From assembly GCA_039024555.1 (NCBI GenBank), contig JBCCQQ010000004.1, forward strand, positions 64,001 through 128,000: DNA of 64,000 nt. The letters are read 5' to 3'. Both the position numbers and the translations under genes were made by a program. The notes under the pieces are model-generated. The model saw nothing but the letters and a program-made list of their open reading frames with translations, was not told the origin of the DNA and did no database searches. Below are positions 1 through 9,806 of this stretch, piece after piece. Source of the stretch: Cyanobacteria bacterium P01_D01_bin.156 (GTDB taxonomy: Bacteria > Cyanobacteriota > Cyanobacteriia > Phormidesmidales > Phormidesmidaceae). Positions within the stretch are counted from its first letter, which is position 1. Each line of letters starts with the position of its first letter.

Positions 1-106
1 ACACAGACTTTGCACATTGTTCATTCACTATTCACACATGGTGAGTGCTTTTTTAAGGCTGGTCGAGTGGCCGCTTACTGCTAAGAGACTGCTTACCGCC
101 CCAATA

Positions 107-140
107 CAAAAACTTCTCGGCAGCCAACACCGCCGAGAAG
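107..140 (-). terminator. Rho-independent terminator after nirA
   Basis: CTTCTCGGC...GCCGAGAAG stem (113-140) followed on the minus strand by a T run, 30 nt past the nirA stop. Confidence 0.65.
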
Positions 141-169
141 AATATCTCGAAATCCTTATCAGTTAAGAA

Positions 170-2035
170 TTACAGATCAAGTACAACACGCCCTTGTGGA
201 TGGGCAATACAGGTTAAGACTGCCGTTTCACCGGCTTCTAAAGCAGATGGATCACCTTCATAACGCACCTTGCCTTCTAGTAAAGGCACCTTGCATGTTC
301 CACAAGAACCAGACTGACAGCTACTTTCAATATCAATACCTGCATCTTCTGCGATCGCAAGAATCGACTGACTATCATCACAGTTCACTTCCTTCCCAGA
401 CTTAGAAAAGACAGCCACAGATGGCGTCTTTACCTTTGGTGTTTTCGGAACATCTTCAGAAACAGATTCAGGCTCTTCAATCACTACACCAGGTTTAAGA
501 GTAGCCCCAAAGTTCTCAGTCAGTAAGGTACGAACCACCCCAGGCAAATCCTCACAAGGCACCTTTTGCATCACTCGCTCACCCAGGTGAGCATCTTTGC
601 CAACGGTGCCACCCATGTAAATATCCACAGCAGGAACCATTTTGCCGTTTTTACGAGCTTTTGTTCCCATCATGCCAATCTGGGCTACTTGGGGTTGCCC
701 ACAGGAATTAGGGCAACCGGTCCAATGCACACGCACTGGTTCCGGCACATCCAACTCAGCATCCAATCGGCGAGCCAGCGCCAGGGACTGCATCTTAGTT
801 TCCACGAGGGCAAAGTTGCAAAACTGTGCACCCGTACAAGACACCAAAGAACGCACCAGGGGAGATGGCTGAATGGGAAATGTCTGAACAATCGGTTCGG
901 ATAAGAAAACAGCTAAGCGATTATCTGGAACATTGATAACAATCACATTCTGTTCCACCGTCAGGCGCAGATCACCACTACCATAGACCTCAGCAACACG
1001 GGCCAAGTCCATCATCTGCTCCGCCTTCAGGCGACCAACGGGTACATGCAGGCCAATGTAGTTGAGACCTTCTTGTTTCTGTTGAAAAACTCCGACATGA
1101 TCCCTCTTATTAGAATCTAGAGCATCCTCAGCAGCAGCAGTCGCAAGAGTCTTACCAAAACTCTTTTCTACCTCGGCCCTAAATTCTTCCATGCCCCACT
1201 CGTCAATCAGCCACATCAGGCGAGTTTTTTGACGATTACCGCGAGAGCCATTGTCACGATAAACCGTTAAAATCGCTCGACACAGTTCAACAACCGCCTG
1301 CTTCTCAGCAGGGACCCAAGCATTGAGAGGAATTGCCGCTGCACAGCGAGTAGAAGAGAAAAAACCACCCACCAATACATTGAAACCTAAATTGCCATCC
1401 TTGTAGGCAGGAACAAAAGCAATGTCATTAATCTCTGCGTGAACTGAGTTGTCGGTACTACCTTCCAAGGCAATATTGAATTTGCGAGGCAAATTCGTAA
1501 AGTCATAATTACCTTCGCCTTTGTTGGTAATCATGTCCTGAACCGCCTGCACGAGTTCGCGGGTATCAATCAATTCATTCGCATCGATACCTGCCACAGG
1601 AGACCCCGTGATGTTGCGTACATTATCCATACCTGACTGCATCGATGTCAGGCTAACGGCATGCATTTTGGCAAAAATATCTGGAATATCTTCTAGATGT
1701 ACGCCACGAAGCTGTAGGTTCTGACGAGTGGTGATGTCAGCGCTCCCATCCTCTCCGTACCGCTGAACAATCTCAGCAAGCACTCGCGTCTGCTGGGACG
1801 AAATCACACCATGGGGCATGCGCAAGCGCAACATAAATTTTCCAGGGGTGACTGGCCGAAAAAAGATACCTAACCACTTAAGACGCTGAGTTAAATCAGT
1901 TTCATCAACGGCTTCCCAACCCATCTCGGCAAACTTCTGGAGCTCACCCTTGACAGCCAGGCCATCCTTCTCAGCCTTATATTTTTCAAATTTATTAAGT
2001 TTTACCTTCTTTTCAGTAGTGGATGCAGTCACCAC
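170..2035 (-). CDS. nirA: Ferredoxin-nitrite reductase with fused C-terminal 2Fe-2S ferredoxin domain
   Basis: LNKFEKYK N-terminus, TTRQNLQ, SGMDNVRN, NLPRKFN, siroheme/4Fe-4S ligands CTGAQFC and GCPNSC; C-terminal CQSGSCGTC...LTC. Start taken as GTG at 2035 (GGGAG upstream) rather than ORF-track 2188. Confidence 0.95.
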   Translation of the reverse strand: MVTASTTEKKVKLNKFEKYKAEKDGLAVKGELQKFAEMGWEAVDETDLTQRLKWLGIFFRPVTPGKFMLRLRMPHGVISSQQTRVLAEIVQRYGEDGSADITTRQNLQLRGVHLEDIPDIFAKMHAVSLTSMQSGMDNVRNITGSPVAGIDANELIDTRELVQAVQDMITNKGEGNYDFTNLPRKFNIALEGSTDNSVHAEINDIAFVPAYKDGNLGFNVLVGGFFSSTRCAAAIPLNAWVPAEKQAVVELCRAILTVYRDNGSRGNRQKTRLMWLIDEWGMEEFRAEVEKSFGKTLATAAAEDALDSNKRDHVGVFQQKQEGLNYIGLHVPVGRLKAEQMMDLARVAEVYGSGDLRLTVEQNVIVINVPDNRLAVFLSEPIVQTFPIQPSPLVRSLVSCTGAQFCNFALVETKMQSLALARRLDAELDVPEPVRVHWTGCPNSCGQPQVAQIGMMGTKARKNGKMVPAVDIYMGGTVGKDAHLGERVMQKVPCEDLPGVVRTLLTENFGATLKPGVVIEEPESVSEDVPKTPKVKTPSVAVFSKSGKEVNCDDSQSILAIAEDAGIDIESSCQSGSCGTCKVPLLEGKVRYEGDPSALEAGETAVLTCIAHPQGRVVLDL

Positions 2036-2243
2036 AGCAGCACTCCCAACCTGGTTAACATGGAACAGCTTTAGTATTTTACCAACGGCGCTACCCCGAG
2101 TAGTTCCCTTAGCGCGTTGAAGCAAAAAAAACGGGAGCAAAAAATCAAGATTCTGAAAGAACCTATGACTTTGCCCCGCTAGACACACTTATAAGGAACC
2201 GCTTCAGGAGTTCATTTAGCTCGCTTGCTATCGAGTTAATGCA

Positions 2244-2285
2244 AGAATATTGATATCTTCCAACCTTTTTTGTATAGGGAATTAC
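2244..2285 (-). promoter_or_regulatory. NtcA-activated promoter of nirA
   Basis: Minus strand GTAATTCCCTATAC (GTA-N8-TAC, 2285-2272), then 22 nt, then TATTCT (TAN3T -10 box): canonical class II NtcA spacing. Confidence 0.85.
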
Positions 2286-2301
2286 TGTTTTCAACCAATA
2301 T

Positions 2302-2314
2302 TGCAACTATCGCA
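2302..2314. promoter_or_regulatory. Putative NtcB (LysR) binding site upstream of the NtcA box
   Basis: TGCA-N5-CGCA, a T-N11-A motif just upstream of the nirA NtcA site, as expected for NtcB-enhanced nirA promoters. Confidence 0.6.
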
Positions 2315-2500
2315 TCAGGGCCATGCGAAAATTCTCCCTAATGTTTAGATAATTTGATGAATCATTTTGCATCAGGTGGTGCAAACTTCTCCTGATATCA
2401 GTAGTCATTTTTCGATCAAGTCCTTTCTCCTTAAGCATTAAGACACTCGTGTCAGACAATGGACACTCAGCTGATAAATCAGCTAGTTAACCCTAGCGGC

Positions 2501-2515
2501 ATGCGAAAAGCGCAT
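2501..2515. promoter_or_regulatory. Second putative NtcB/LysR site, in front of nirB
   Basis: Perfect inverted repeat ATGCG-N5-CGCAT (AT-N11-AT). Confidence 0.5.
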
Positions 2516-2599
2516 TCTAGAGGATAAATTTTGCATACTTAATTTTGGTGGTGACTTGATTTCACGAAATAATAGTAAGGATGTTGGTGGAGCAAGCAG

Positions 2600-3868
2600 A
2601 TGACGCCATCAAGGGGTCTTAGCGGCAGAAAGTCTTCAGAAGTCAAGAGCTCTACAGACTATTGGCAATTGTTTAGAGCAGGTGATTTTGGGGAGAAGTG
2701 GAATAGCTCCAAGCTCATTGTTAAGGAAGGCAAGCGTGCGATCGCGCCATTGCTTAAAATCCTTGAAGACCCTACCGCTGATGCAGAAACTCACTGGTTC
2801 ACAATTCGCACTCTGGGGAATTTTCCAGAACCTCAGGTAATTGCCGCTATTGCCGCTCAGATTGGTCCTAACCCTCAGTATTCGCAACGCACTGCGGAAC
2901 AAACCACTGAGTTAAGCAACTTTGCCATTGAGACCCTGGCCGCCATGGGACCCCCTGCAATTGAAGTACTCACCCAGCTCTTAAACGCCCCTCCACAGCG
3001 TTTGTTAGCCGCAAAAGCTCTTAACCAAATTCGTTCCACCGGCGTGATTCCAGCCATGATTGCTATCGCTGAAGACGAGGATGCAAAAGTGCGCTATTAC
3101 GCCATTGATGCCCTGGGAAGTTTTCACAATCCCCTGATCACCCCAGTTCTGATAAAAGCCATTAAGGATCCATCAGCCTCGGTGCGTAAAGCGACAGTCA
3201 TGGCTTTAGGTAGACGCCCCGATCTGCAGACAACCTTTGACCTAAGCCAAAAACTAGAGCCTCTGCTGTGGGACATTGATATCTCAGTCTGTTGTCAAAC
3301 TGCCCTTGCCTTAGGTCGTTTAGGAGCAGGTGACATGGTCAGTACGTTGCAGCAAGTACTCTTATCAGACAATACCCCCAAGGTATTATGCCTTGATATC
3401 ATTCGTGCCTTGGCTTGGTACTGCGAGATCCCTACATTATCCAATCCAACTTCTCAGCAAGCCTACAGCACCCTTTCTCAGGCTTTAAGGCACTTCTCAG
3501 CAATCGAAAACTCACTGATTACCCTTACAGAAGAAAGGCAGCAAATTTTAGTGGCTATTGTGCGTGTCTTCGGAGAGCTCAACCATAGCTCCATGGCCAA
3601 TGCAGCAATCCAATGTTTAATTGACTTTCTGCAAGTTCCACCGGACTCACTACCTGTCATTCAAGCCACCATCATGGCCCTGGCTGATTTAGCTCAACCC
3701 CAAGCATTTGAACCACTTTTACCCTTCCTGAACCACAGAGAAGAGGCTGTCCCCATGCATACTATCGCGGCCCTCAAACGTTTAGATCCTGACCACAGCT
3801 TTGAACGCGTCAAAAAATACCTTAATGGGTTTCCAGACCGTGAAACAGAAATACTTGATCTTTGGTAA
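2600..3868 (+). CDS. nirB: HEAT-repeat (PBS lyase-like) protein, NirB-like
   Basis: Repeated VR..A..ALG HEAT units; divergent from nirA and upstream of ntcB, the usual nirB position. Confidence 0.7.
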   Translation: MTPSRGLSGRKSSEVKSSTDYWQLFRAGDFGEKWNSSKLIVKEGKRAIAPLLKILEDPTADAETHWFTIRTLGNFPEPQVIAAIAAQIGPNPQYSQRTAEQTTELSNFAIETLAAMGPPAIEVLTQLLNAPPQRLLAAKALNQIRSTGVIPAMIAIAEDEDAKVRYYAIDALGSFHNPLITPVLIKAIKDPSASVRKATVMALGRRPDLQTTFDLSQKLEPLLWDIDISVCCQTALALGRLGAGDMVSTLQQVLLSDNTPKVLCLDIIRALAWYCEIPTLSNPTSQQAYSTLSQALRHFSAIENSLITLTEERQQILVAIVRVFGELNHSSMANAAIQCLIDFLQVPPDSLPVIQATIMALADLAQPQAFEPLLPFLNHREEAVPMHTIAALKRLDPDHSFERVKKYLNGFPDRETEILDLW

Positions 3869-4044
3869 GCCATTAACGCTAGCCATCCTCAGCCCTAACC
3901 TATAAAATCAAGAGAACATTAAATACGAGTCCAAATATTCTCTGAATCAAAGATTCAGAATTATCGTCTTTGCTTCTGGGTTAGCAATTATCAAATCATT
4001 TTCAAAAAAATTAGAGATAGTTTTATGAGTTTGGTCTACTGCCG

Positions 4045-4086
4045 GTAGCCAGACACACTAAATAGGATGGTCACAATACCTAAAGT
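4045..4086 (+). promoter_or_regulatory. Putative NtcA-dependent promoter of ntcB-cnaT
   Basis: GTA-N8-CAC (one mismatch), then 22 nt, then TAAAGT. Confidence 0.6.
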
Positions 4087-4144
4087 ATTAACCAACATTC
4101 TTCCTAAGTTTTTGGTGTCTGTTAGTCCTAATTTTTTCTAGCCT

Positions 4145-5092
4145 ATGCGCATAGAGCAGCTACAAGCATTCCTAGCGATCGCCGAAACCGGCAGCTTTCA
4201 ATCCGCTGCTCGTCGTTGTGGCATTACTCAATCCACAGTGAGTCGACAAATTCGCGGACTAGAAGATGACTTGGGCATGCCCCTTTTCCATCGCACATCC
4301 CAGGCTAAACTCACCATTGGAGGTGAACGGCTATTACCCAGAGCCCGGCGAATTTGTCAGGAATGGAAGCAAGCTACCAGTGAAATTGCCGATTTATTAG
4401 AAGGTCGACAGCCAGAGCTTTGTGTGGCTGGGATTCAATCCGTTTGTTCACACTTTTTACCCCCTATCATTACCCAATTCTGTCAGCGCTATCCTCAGGT
4501 ACAGCTACGAGTCACTGCACTTGGCAGTGATCGCTCTTTGAAAGTACTACGTGATGGCTTAGTAGACATTGCCATTGTGATGCATAACCCAATGCTCACC
4601 AGTTCCCAAGAGATGGCTGTCACTCCCCTTTATGAAGACCATGTGGAGGTGTTAATGGCTGCAGACCATCCCCTAGCCAACTACAGCCCTGCACCTTGGT
4701 CTGAAATTGCTCGTTATCCCCATGTTGTCTTTAAAGATGGTTATGGTATGCAGCGATTAGTACAATCACAGATACCAGAAACAGAACTAAAAATGGCATT
4801 GGAATTAAACACCCTAGATGCCTTTCGAGGAGTGGTCCGTCAAGGCAAAATGATCGCTCTTCTTCCCCAATCTGCTTTAGCTGAAAGTCGCCGCGATCCT
4901 GGCTTAGCTGTACGCAGCACAGCGGCCCCCGTCCTGACTCGCCAAGTTGTCATGGTAACAACCCAAGATCGACTAAGATTGCCCCCCGTTCGTCAGTTTT
5001 GCGATATGGTGAAGCGCTTGGCTGACGAGAGCTTTAGCCAGCTTAGTGATTTACCTCGCCTAATGGCCCTAAATGAACATGTCTTGTCATGA
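4145..5092 (+). CDS. ntcB: LysR-family nitrogen assimilation activator
   Basis: MRIEQLQAFLAIAETGSFQSAAR HTH, LGSDRSLKVLRDG, FKDGYGMQRLV; nir cluster context. Confidence 0.9.
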   Translation: MRIEQLQAFLAIAETGSFQSAARRCGITQSTVSRQIRGLEDDLGMPLFHRTSQAKLTIGGERLLPRARRICQEWKQATSEIADLLEGRQPELCVAGIQSVCSHFLPPIITQFCQRYPQVQLRVTALGSDRSLKVLRDGLVDIAIVMHNPMLTSSQEMAVTPLYEDHVEVLMAADHPLANYSPAPWSEIARYPHVVFKDGYGMQRLVQSQIPETELKMALELNTLDAFRGVVRQGKMIALLPQSALAESRRDPGLAVRSTAAPVLTRQVVMVTTQDRLRLPPVRQFCDMVKRLADESFSQLSDLPRLMALNEHVLS

Positions 5093-6177
5093 GCAGTATT
5101 TTTCGAGACCTTCTCAAGAAGGTTGGTAGCGGTACCCACACATCCCAGGATCTCAGTCGCGAGGAGTCAGCCCTGGCAACTCGTTTAATGTTGGAGCAAA
5201 GGGCAACCCCCGCTCAAATCGGAGCCTTTATGATTGCTCAACGGATTAAACGGCCCACCATTCCAGAACTGGCAGGCATGCTGGACTGCTATGACCAATT
5301 GGGGGGCCGCTTAAAGCTCTCTGGCACTACTCCCCACCCAGCTATCGTGTTGAGTACTCCCTACGATGGACGACTTCGTCATGCACCAGTAACCCCCATC
5401 ACAGCACTGGTTTTAGCAGCAGCAGATATCCCAGTGATACTCCATGGTGGCGATCGCATGCCCACAAAAATGGGGGTGCCGTTAGTAGATGTCTGGCAAG
5501 GGTTGGGAGTGTCATGGCAGACATTGTCCTTAGAACAAACGCAACAGGTCTTTGATTGCACCCAGGTAGGATTTATCTATTTGCCAAAACATTTTCCTGA
5601 AGCCCATCATCTCGTTCCCTATCGAGAACAGATTGGCAAACGACCTACCCTAGCGACTATTGAGCTTATGTGGGCTCCCTGTGATGGGCCCATGCATGTG
5701 GTGAGCAGTTTTGTTCATCCACCGACCGAAGATCGTACTCAGGAAACCTATCAACTACGCCATACCCATAACTACACAACAGTTAAAGGGCTAGAAGGCA
5801 GTTGCGATTTACCTCGAAGTCGCACAGTCATTATTGGGATGGGTAGTAAACCCAAGGACGGGCAACCAACGTTTGAGCGTCTGCTGCTACATCCCAGGGA
5901 CTATGGTTTTGATGGCCCTGACCCGTCGCTGGAGGAAGACTTTCTCAGTACTTTAGAGCCGCTTCTCCATGGAGAAGCCCATCAGTTAACTGATTCCGTT
6001 GTTTGGAACGGGGGCTTTTATCTATGGCGAATGGGTGCTGTACCTAATTTATTGGAAGGATTCGAACAGGCTCGAAACCTTTTGACATCCGGTAAAGTTG
6101 CAGCTAAACGAGAACAGCTACGGAATGTCACTGCCAACGTACACAAACATCAGCTATCTCCTGTTTCAAGTTGTTGA
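5089..6177 (+). CDS. cnaT: Anthranilate phosphoribosyltransferase-like protein CnaT
   Basis: TrpD-like motifs (PAQIGAFMIAQRIK, YDGR, REQIGKRP, FVHPPTE, VKGLEGS); ATGA overlap with ntcB. Confidence 0.8.
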   Translation: MSSIFRDLLKKVGSGTHTSQDLSREESALATRLMLEQRATPAQIGAFMIAQRIKRPTIPELAGMLDCYDQLGGRLKLSGTTPHPAIVLSTPYDGRLRHAPVTPITALVLAAADIPVILHGGDRMPTKMGVPLVDVWQGLGVSWQTLSLEQTQQVFDCTQVGFIYLPKHFPEAHHLVPYREQIGKRPTLATIELMWAPCDGPMHVVSSFVHPPTEDRTQETYQLRHTHNYTTVKGLEGSCDLPRSRTVIIGMGSKPKDGQPTFERLLLHPRDYGFDGPDPSLEEDFLSTLEPLLHGEAHQLTDSVVWNGGFYLWRMGAVPNLLEGFEQARNLLTSGKVAAKREQLRNVTANVHKHQLSPVSSC

Positions 6178-6203
6178 AAGCGCGCCGCTAAAACAGCAGC
6201 TAA

Positions 6204-6950
6204 TCAAAAGCTCTGGGCCAACTCCTCTTGCAGCATATCGTTGTAAATTCGAGGGAGATGATCAGACATACTGTTAGTTTCAATTCCGTAACCTAAACTA
6301 GTCCAAGTACCTGACAGAAGTTCCAACACCTGATGAACTTCCCCATTTTTTAGCTGCTGACCAATATCCATCCCCCAAGCATCTGAATCCGACAGCCAAC
6401 GATAAACAACGATGTCCTGCGATTCTGGTGAAAAATCGTATGCCTGCCAAAACTCAAACCAACTGGGAGGTATAGGATGATATTGCTGAGCCATCGAATA
6501 CCACGTAGTTGTTAAGAACTGATAACGTCCTGCTGCGGTTGTACAGCTACCCACGTTAGGTCCTGTTTCAATAGCGATACAGGTATCTGGATGATTGGCA
6601 AGATCGTTGATAATCTTACCTCCATAAAGAAGTCGATAGGGTCTATCCATATTAGACTCACTGGCTGAAATCGTCCGCATTAACGCACGGACATAGGGAT
6701 CTCCACCACTCATCGCCAATGGTAAAGGAGATTCAACCCAATTGGCTGAACCAAACCTCAATAACTGGGATGGTCGAAAATTGAATTGAGGGAGCTTGTA
6801 AGGCCAAAAAACCTTAGGCGCTTGCCAATAAAAGAGAACACCTATTACCCCCAAAAACATTAGGATCGTAATAATTAAAGGCCCATAGTCTGCTTTGGCA
6901 GTATGTTGTGACGCGTCCTTGACTGATTTACTAGATGAGGGATGAGACAA
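6204..6950 (-). CDS. Membrane-anchored lambda-lysozyme-like muramidase (GH104/GH24-like)
   Basis: N-terminal TM segment; RALMRTISASE, AAGRYQFLTTTW, FSPESQD, WTSL motifs. Confidence 0.8.
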   Translation of the reverse strand: MSHPSSSKSVKDASQHTAKADYGPLIITILMFLGVIGVLFYWQAPKVFWPYKLPQFNFRPSQLLRFGSANWVESPLPLAMSGGDPYVRALMRTISASESNMDRPYRLLYGGKIINDLANHPDTCIAIETGPNVGSCTTAAGRYQFLTTTWYSMAQQYHPIPPSWFEFWQAYDFSPESQDIVVYRWLSDSDAWGMDIGQQLKNGEVHQVLELLSGTWTSLGYGIETNSMSDHLPRIYNDMLQEELAQSF

Positions 6951-7118
6951 CTTTCAGAATCCAGAAGTAGCGACTGTCTTGAGAGAAAAGCCTGTTTGTA
7001 TGAAATACACCCTCAAACTATCAGGTTTCTTAATTGCTTTATGCGCATCCAGTATATCGAATTTTCCAGGAATTGATACTCACAATTGTGAACCTACAAT
7101 GTCACAATTCGTAGCTAC

Positions 7119-8843
7119 CTAAGCCCCGGCGGCAATCTGATTACGTCCCTTATTTTTAGCCTGATACAAGGCCTTATCAGCTTGTTCAACCAGAGACTTA
7201 GATGTCGCCTCCCGAAGACTTTTGGGGGCAATGACACCGAAGCTTAAAGTGACATAATCACTGACATCAGAAGCTACATGAGGAATTTTCAACTTAGCGA
7301 CCTGCCGCTGAATATTACCTAGCACCTCAAAAGCAACAGGAAGTTCTGTATTTGGCAAAACGATGACAAACTCTTCTCCACCGTAGCGAGCAACAAAATC
7401 ACTATGGCGTACACCCTGCTGAAGCGTTTTAGCCACGGAGATTAAACACCTATCGCCTTCCTGATGTCCGTAAGTATCGTTATAGCGTTTGAAATAATCT
7501 ACATCACACAAAACCAGAGCAAGACTCGTCTGTTGCTGAATACAGCGCTGAAGATAGGTATCAAAGGAACGGCGGTTAGCAATGCGGGTTAAGCCATCCA
7601 GAGATGCCAACCCCTGTAGTTGATGGTTTTGACGTAGCAGCAATACGGTCGATGCCAGGGAGATCGACAGTAGTGGGGCTGCAATGGGTAACCATAAGCC
7701 AGCCACAAAAAAAGCATAGACAATAGCTATTAGCCCAGACCCAACGCATGGGATCACTAATAGTAAGGAAAACAAATTTTTGTTCTTATAGACCCCATTG
7801 TGGTCCAGCACTTTATTCACTAACAACGCAGCTAAGCTAGTGGATAAAAGCAACCACCCTGTTTTTATCCAAGGTGAGGCACCATGCAATGGCTGACGTT
7901 CACCCAAGGCACCACCAATCAATTGACTGGCAATATGAGCGTGGATAAATACTCCCGGTAGTCGTTCATCCCAACTCATAGGAGTGTAGAGCAAGTCGTT
8001 AAGGCTAACGGCTGTAGCACCAACTAGAATGATGCGATCGTAAATTTTGTCATAAGATATCTCACCATTGAGTACATCAGAAAATGAAACAGATTCAAAA
8101 AATGTGCGCCCTGCTGGGTAATCAATTAAAATTTGAGTACTATGAGCATCAGCCTTTGCATAGCCACCATCACTAGGGAAAAATCGTCGAAATACGGTGG
8201 CGCCCAGTTGTAAATGAGCTTCATCCAATACTTTTGGAGTTATTTTCTCTTTTTCTAAATAACGTAAAGCTAGCTTAGTACCTAAGCCATATTTACGCTG
8301 CTGATGTTCCTCAGTCTCACATAGTTGTTGTTCTTGGTTACATTGAATAGCCAGTAAGCCTCGGCGAATACGGCCATCCTTATCTGCCACCAGATCGGCT
8401 ATGGCTACCTGGTCATCTCGATCAAGACCAGAGACTGGGGGAACAGCTTCCCCGATAACTTTTTCTACCCCAATCACATTGGAAAAAGTATTAAAAGCAA
8501 TTAGGAGATCATCACGTCCATCACCAACAGGTAAATCACGATAAATATCTATGCCGATTAGCCTAGGGCTGTGCCGCTGTAGCTGCTCTAACAAGCTGGC
8601 CATCTTACTATCAGAAATAGGCCACTCCCCTATTTGTCTGAGATCTTCTTCACCGAGAGTAACAATTAAAAATCGGGAGTCGATCTGATCGGTAGATTTC
8701 CACCGGAGAAAACGATCAAAGGCAAACCATTCTAGGGATTGTAAAATACCTAAGGCACTAATAGAGATTACCAGTGCGGAAATTCCCCATGAAACAGCTA
8801 AAATCCCTCCTAGTTGACGAATTCGCCATCTCAATTGCAACAT
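7119..8843 (-). CDS. CHASE2-sensor diguanylate cyclase
   Basis: TM, CHASE2 (WPISD, IGIDIYRD, DGRIRR, IILVG, PGVFIHA), three TM segments, then GGDEF domain (DGLT, DVDYFKRYND, RxxD I-site RHSD, GGEEF). Confidence 0.9.
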   Translation of the reverse strand: MLQLRWRIRQLGGILAVSWGISALVISISALGILQSLEWFAFDRFLRWKSTDQIDSRFLIVTLGEEDLRQIGEWPISDSKMASLLEQLQRHSPRLIGIDIYRDLPVGDGRDDLLIAFNTFSNVIGVEKVIGEAVPPVSGLDRDDQVAIADLVADKDGRIRRGLLAIQCNQEQQLCETEEHQQRKYGLGTKLALRYLEKEKITPKVLDEAHLQLGATVFRRFFPSDGGYAKADAHSTQILIDYPAGRTFFESVSFSDVLNGEISYDKIYDRIILVGATAVSLNDLLYTPMSWDERLPGVFIHAHIASQLIGGALGERQPLHGASPWIKTGWLLLSTSLAALLVNKVLDHNGVYKNKNLFSLLLVIPCVGSGLIAIVYAFFVAGLWLPIAAPLLSISLASTVLLLRQNHQLQGLASLDGLTRIANRRSFDTYLQRCIQQQTSLALVLCDVDYFKRYNDTYGHQEGDRCLISVAKTLQQGVRHSDFVARYGGEEFVIVLPNTELPVAFEVLGNIQRQVAKLKIPHVASDVSDYVTLSFGVIAPKSLREATSKSLVEQADKALYQAKNKGRNQIAAGA

Positions 8844-8905
8844 GCTTTGGTTCCGATGCCCGAGAGTCTCTCTTATGCTTCCCGTTTAGTTAATGAAGGT
8901 AATGC

Positions 8906-9631
8906 TTATTTGAGAATGGGATTATTAGCTACTTCAGTCAACTCAGTACCTTCTAAAACGTCTTGCCAGGCACTATTTACAGCCTGATCGGTAGGATTCT
9001 GAATGCGTAAATCTGCCAGTAGAGAAATCATGTCATACCAGAGATGGGCCTGACGATACTCCGTAGCTTGTTCGAGGCTGGATTGAGTATTATCAATGTT
9101 AGCTATTGACTGCATCTGAATCCAGCCCTGTAGTGATGGGCTATCGGGTCTCAGGCGTTCATTACACATGAGAATAAGCGACCACTGATAGAGTTCATTT
9201 TCAGCCAGTGCAGGTGCTTCCGCAGGAAGTTGAATACTTACGATCCCGGGAGTACGAGGAAGTTCAATGTAAGTTTCATAGTAGTAATCATTATCGGACT
9301 GAATACTAAACAAAGCTTGGCTAGGAATATCTACAGATGTAGCCACCAAAACCTCAGGATGAGATTTACTGGTCATCCCATACTGAGACGCAGGCATCAG
9401 AGCAGTTAGCTGATCAGCAGAACAACTCCCCCGAGAAGCCCCGCTAACAGTTCCTGCAGGGGCCTGATCATCATCATCAGGCCAAAATGACCAATCACTG
9501 CTGGGAAGAGCATTTACTGCTCCTGCATTTTTGATAACCTCTGCTGCTGCAGGCCCCTGTATGCATAGGCCGACTGCTGTTAATGCCAATACACAGAGGA
9601 TTTTGTAGCGTTGCACCATAAGTCCAGTCAT
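8906..9631 (-). CDS. DUF928 family secreted protein
   Basis: Signal peptide, GASRG-x-C motif, LTALMP, YQWSL, GWIQ, LWYD, W..L...L C-terminus; sits between CHAT and CHASE2 genes as is typical. Confidence 0.85.
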   Translation of the reverse strand: MTGLMVQRYKILCVLALTAVGLCIQGPAAAEVIKNAGAVNALPSSDWSFWPDDDDQAPAGTVSGASRGSCSADQLTALMPASQYGMTSKSHPEVLVATSVDIPSQALFSIQSDNDYYYETYIELPRTPGIVSIQLPAEAPALAENELYQWSLILMCNERLRPDSPSLQGWIQMQSIANIDNTQSSLEQATEYRQAHLWYDMISLLADLRIQNPTDQAVNSAWQDVLEGTELTEVANNPILK

Positions 9632-9806
9632 GTTTTCCTTTGAAGAACGTGAGTGTCGCTGAACAACACTCGTGTTGTAGTTGTTTATACCAAGCTAACA
9701 AACTCAATCCAATTTTCTTTAGGTGTTCTCTCGGAAAAGCATGTGAGGATTATGTGTTGCTCTACCTATCTTCATCTATTGAGTTGAGTATTTTTACGGG
9801 CACAGC

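Noticed and set aside
2036..2188. N-terminal extension of NirA in the ORF track
   Set aside because: Not NirA-like; a better RBS and GTG are at 2035/2032
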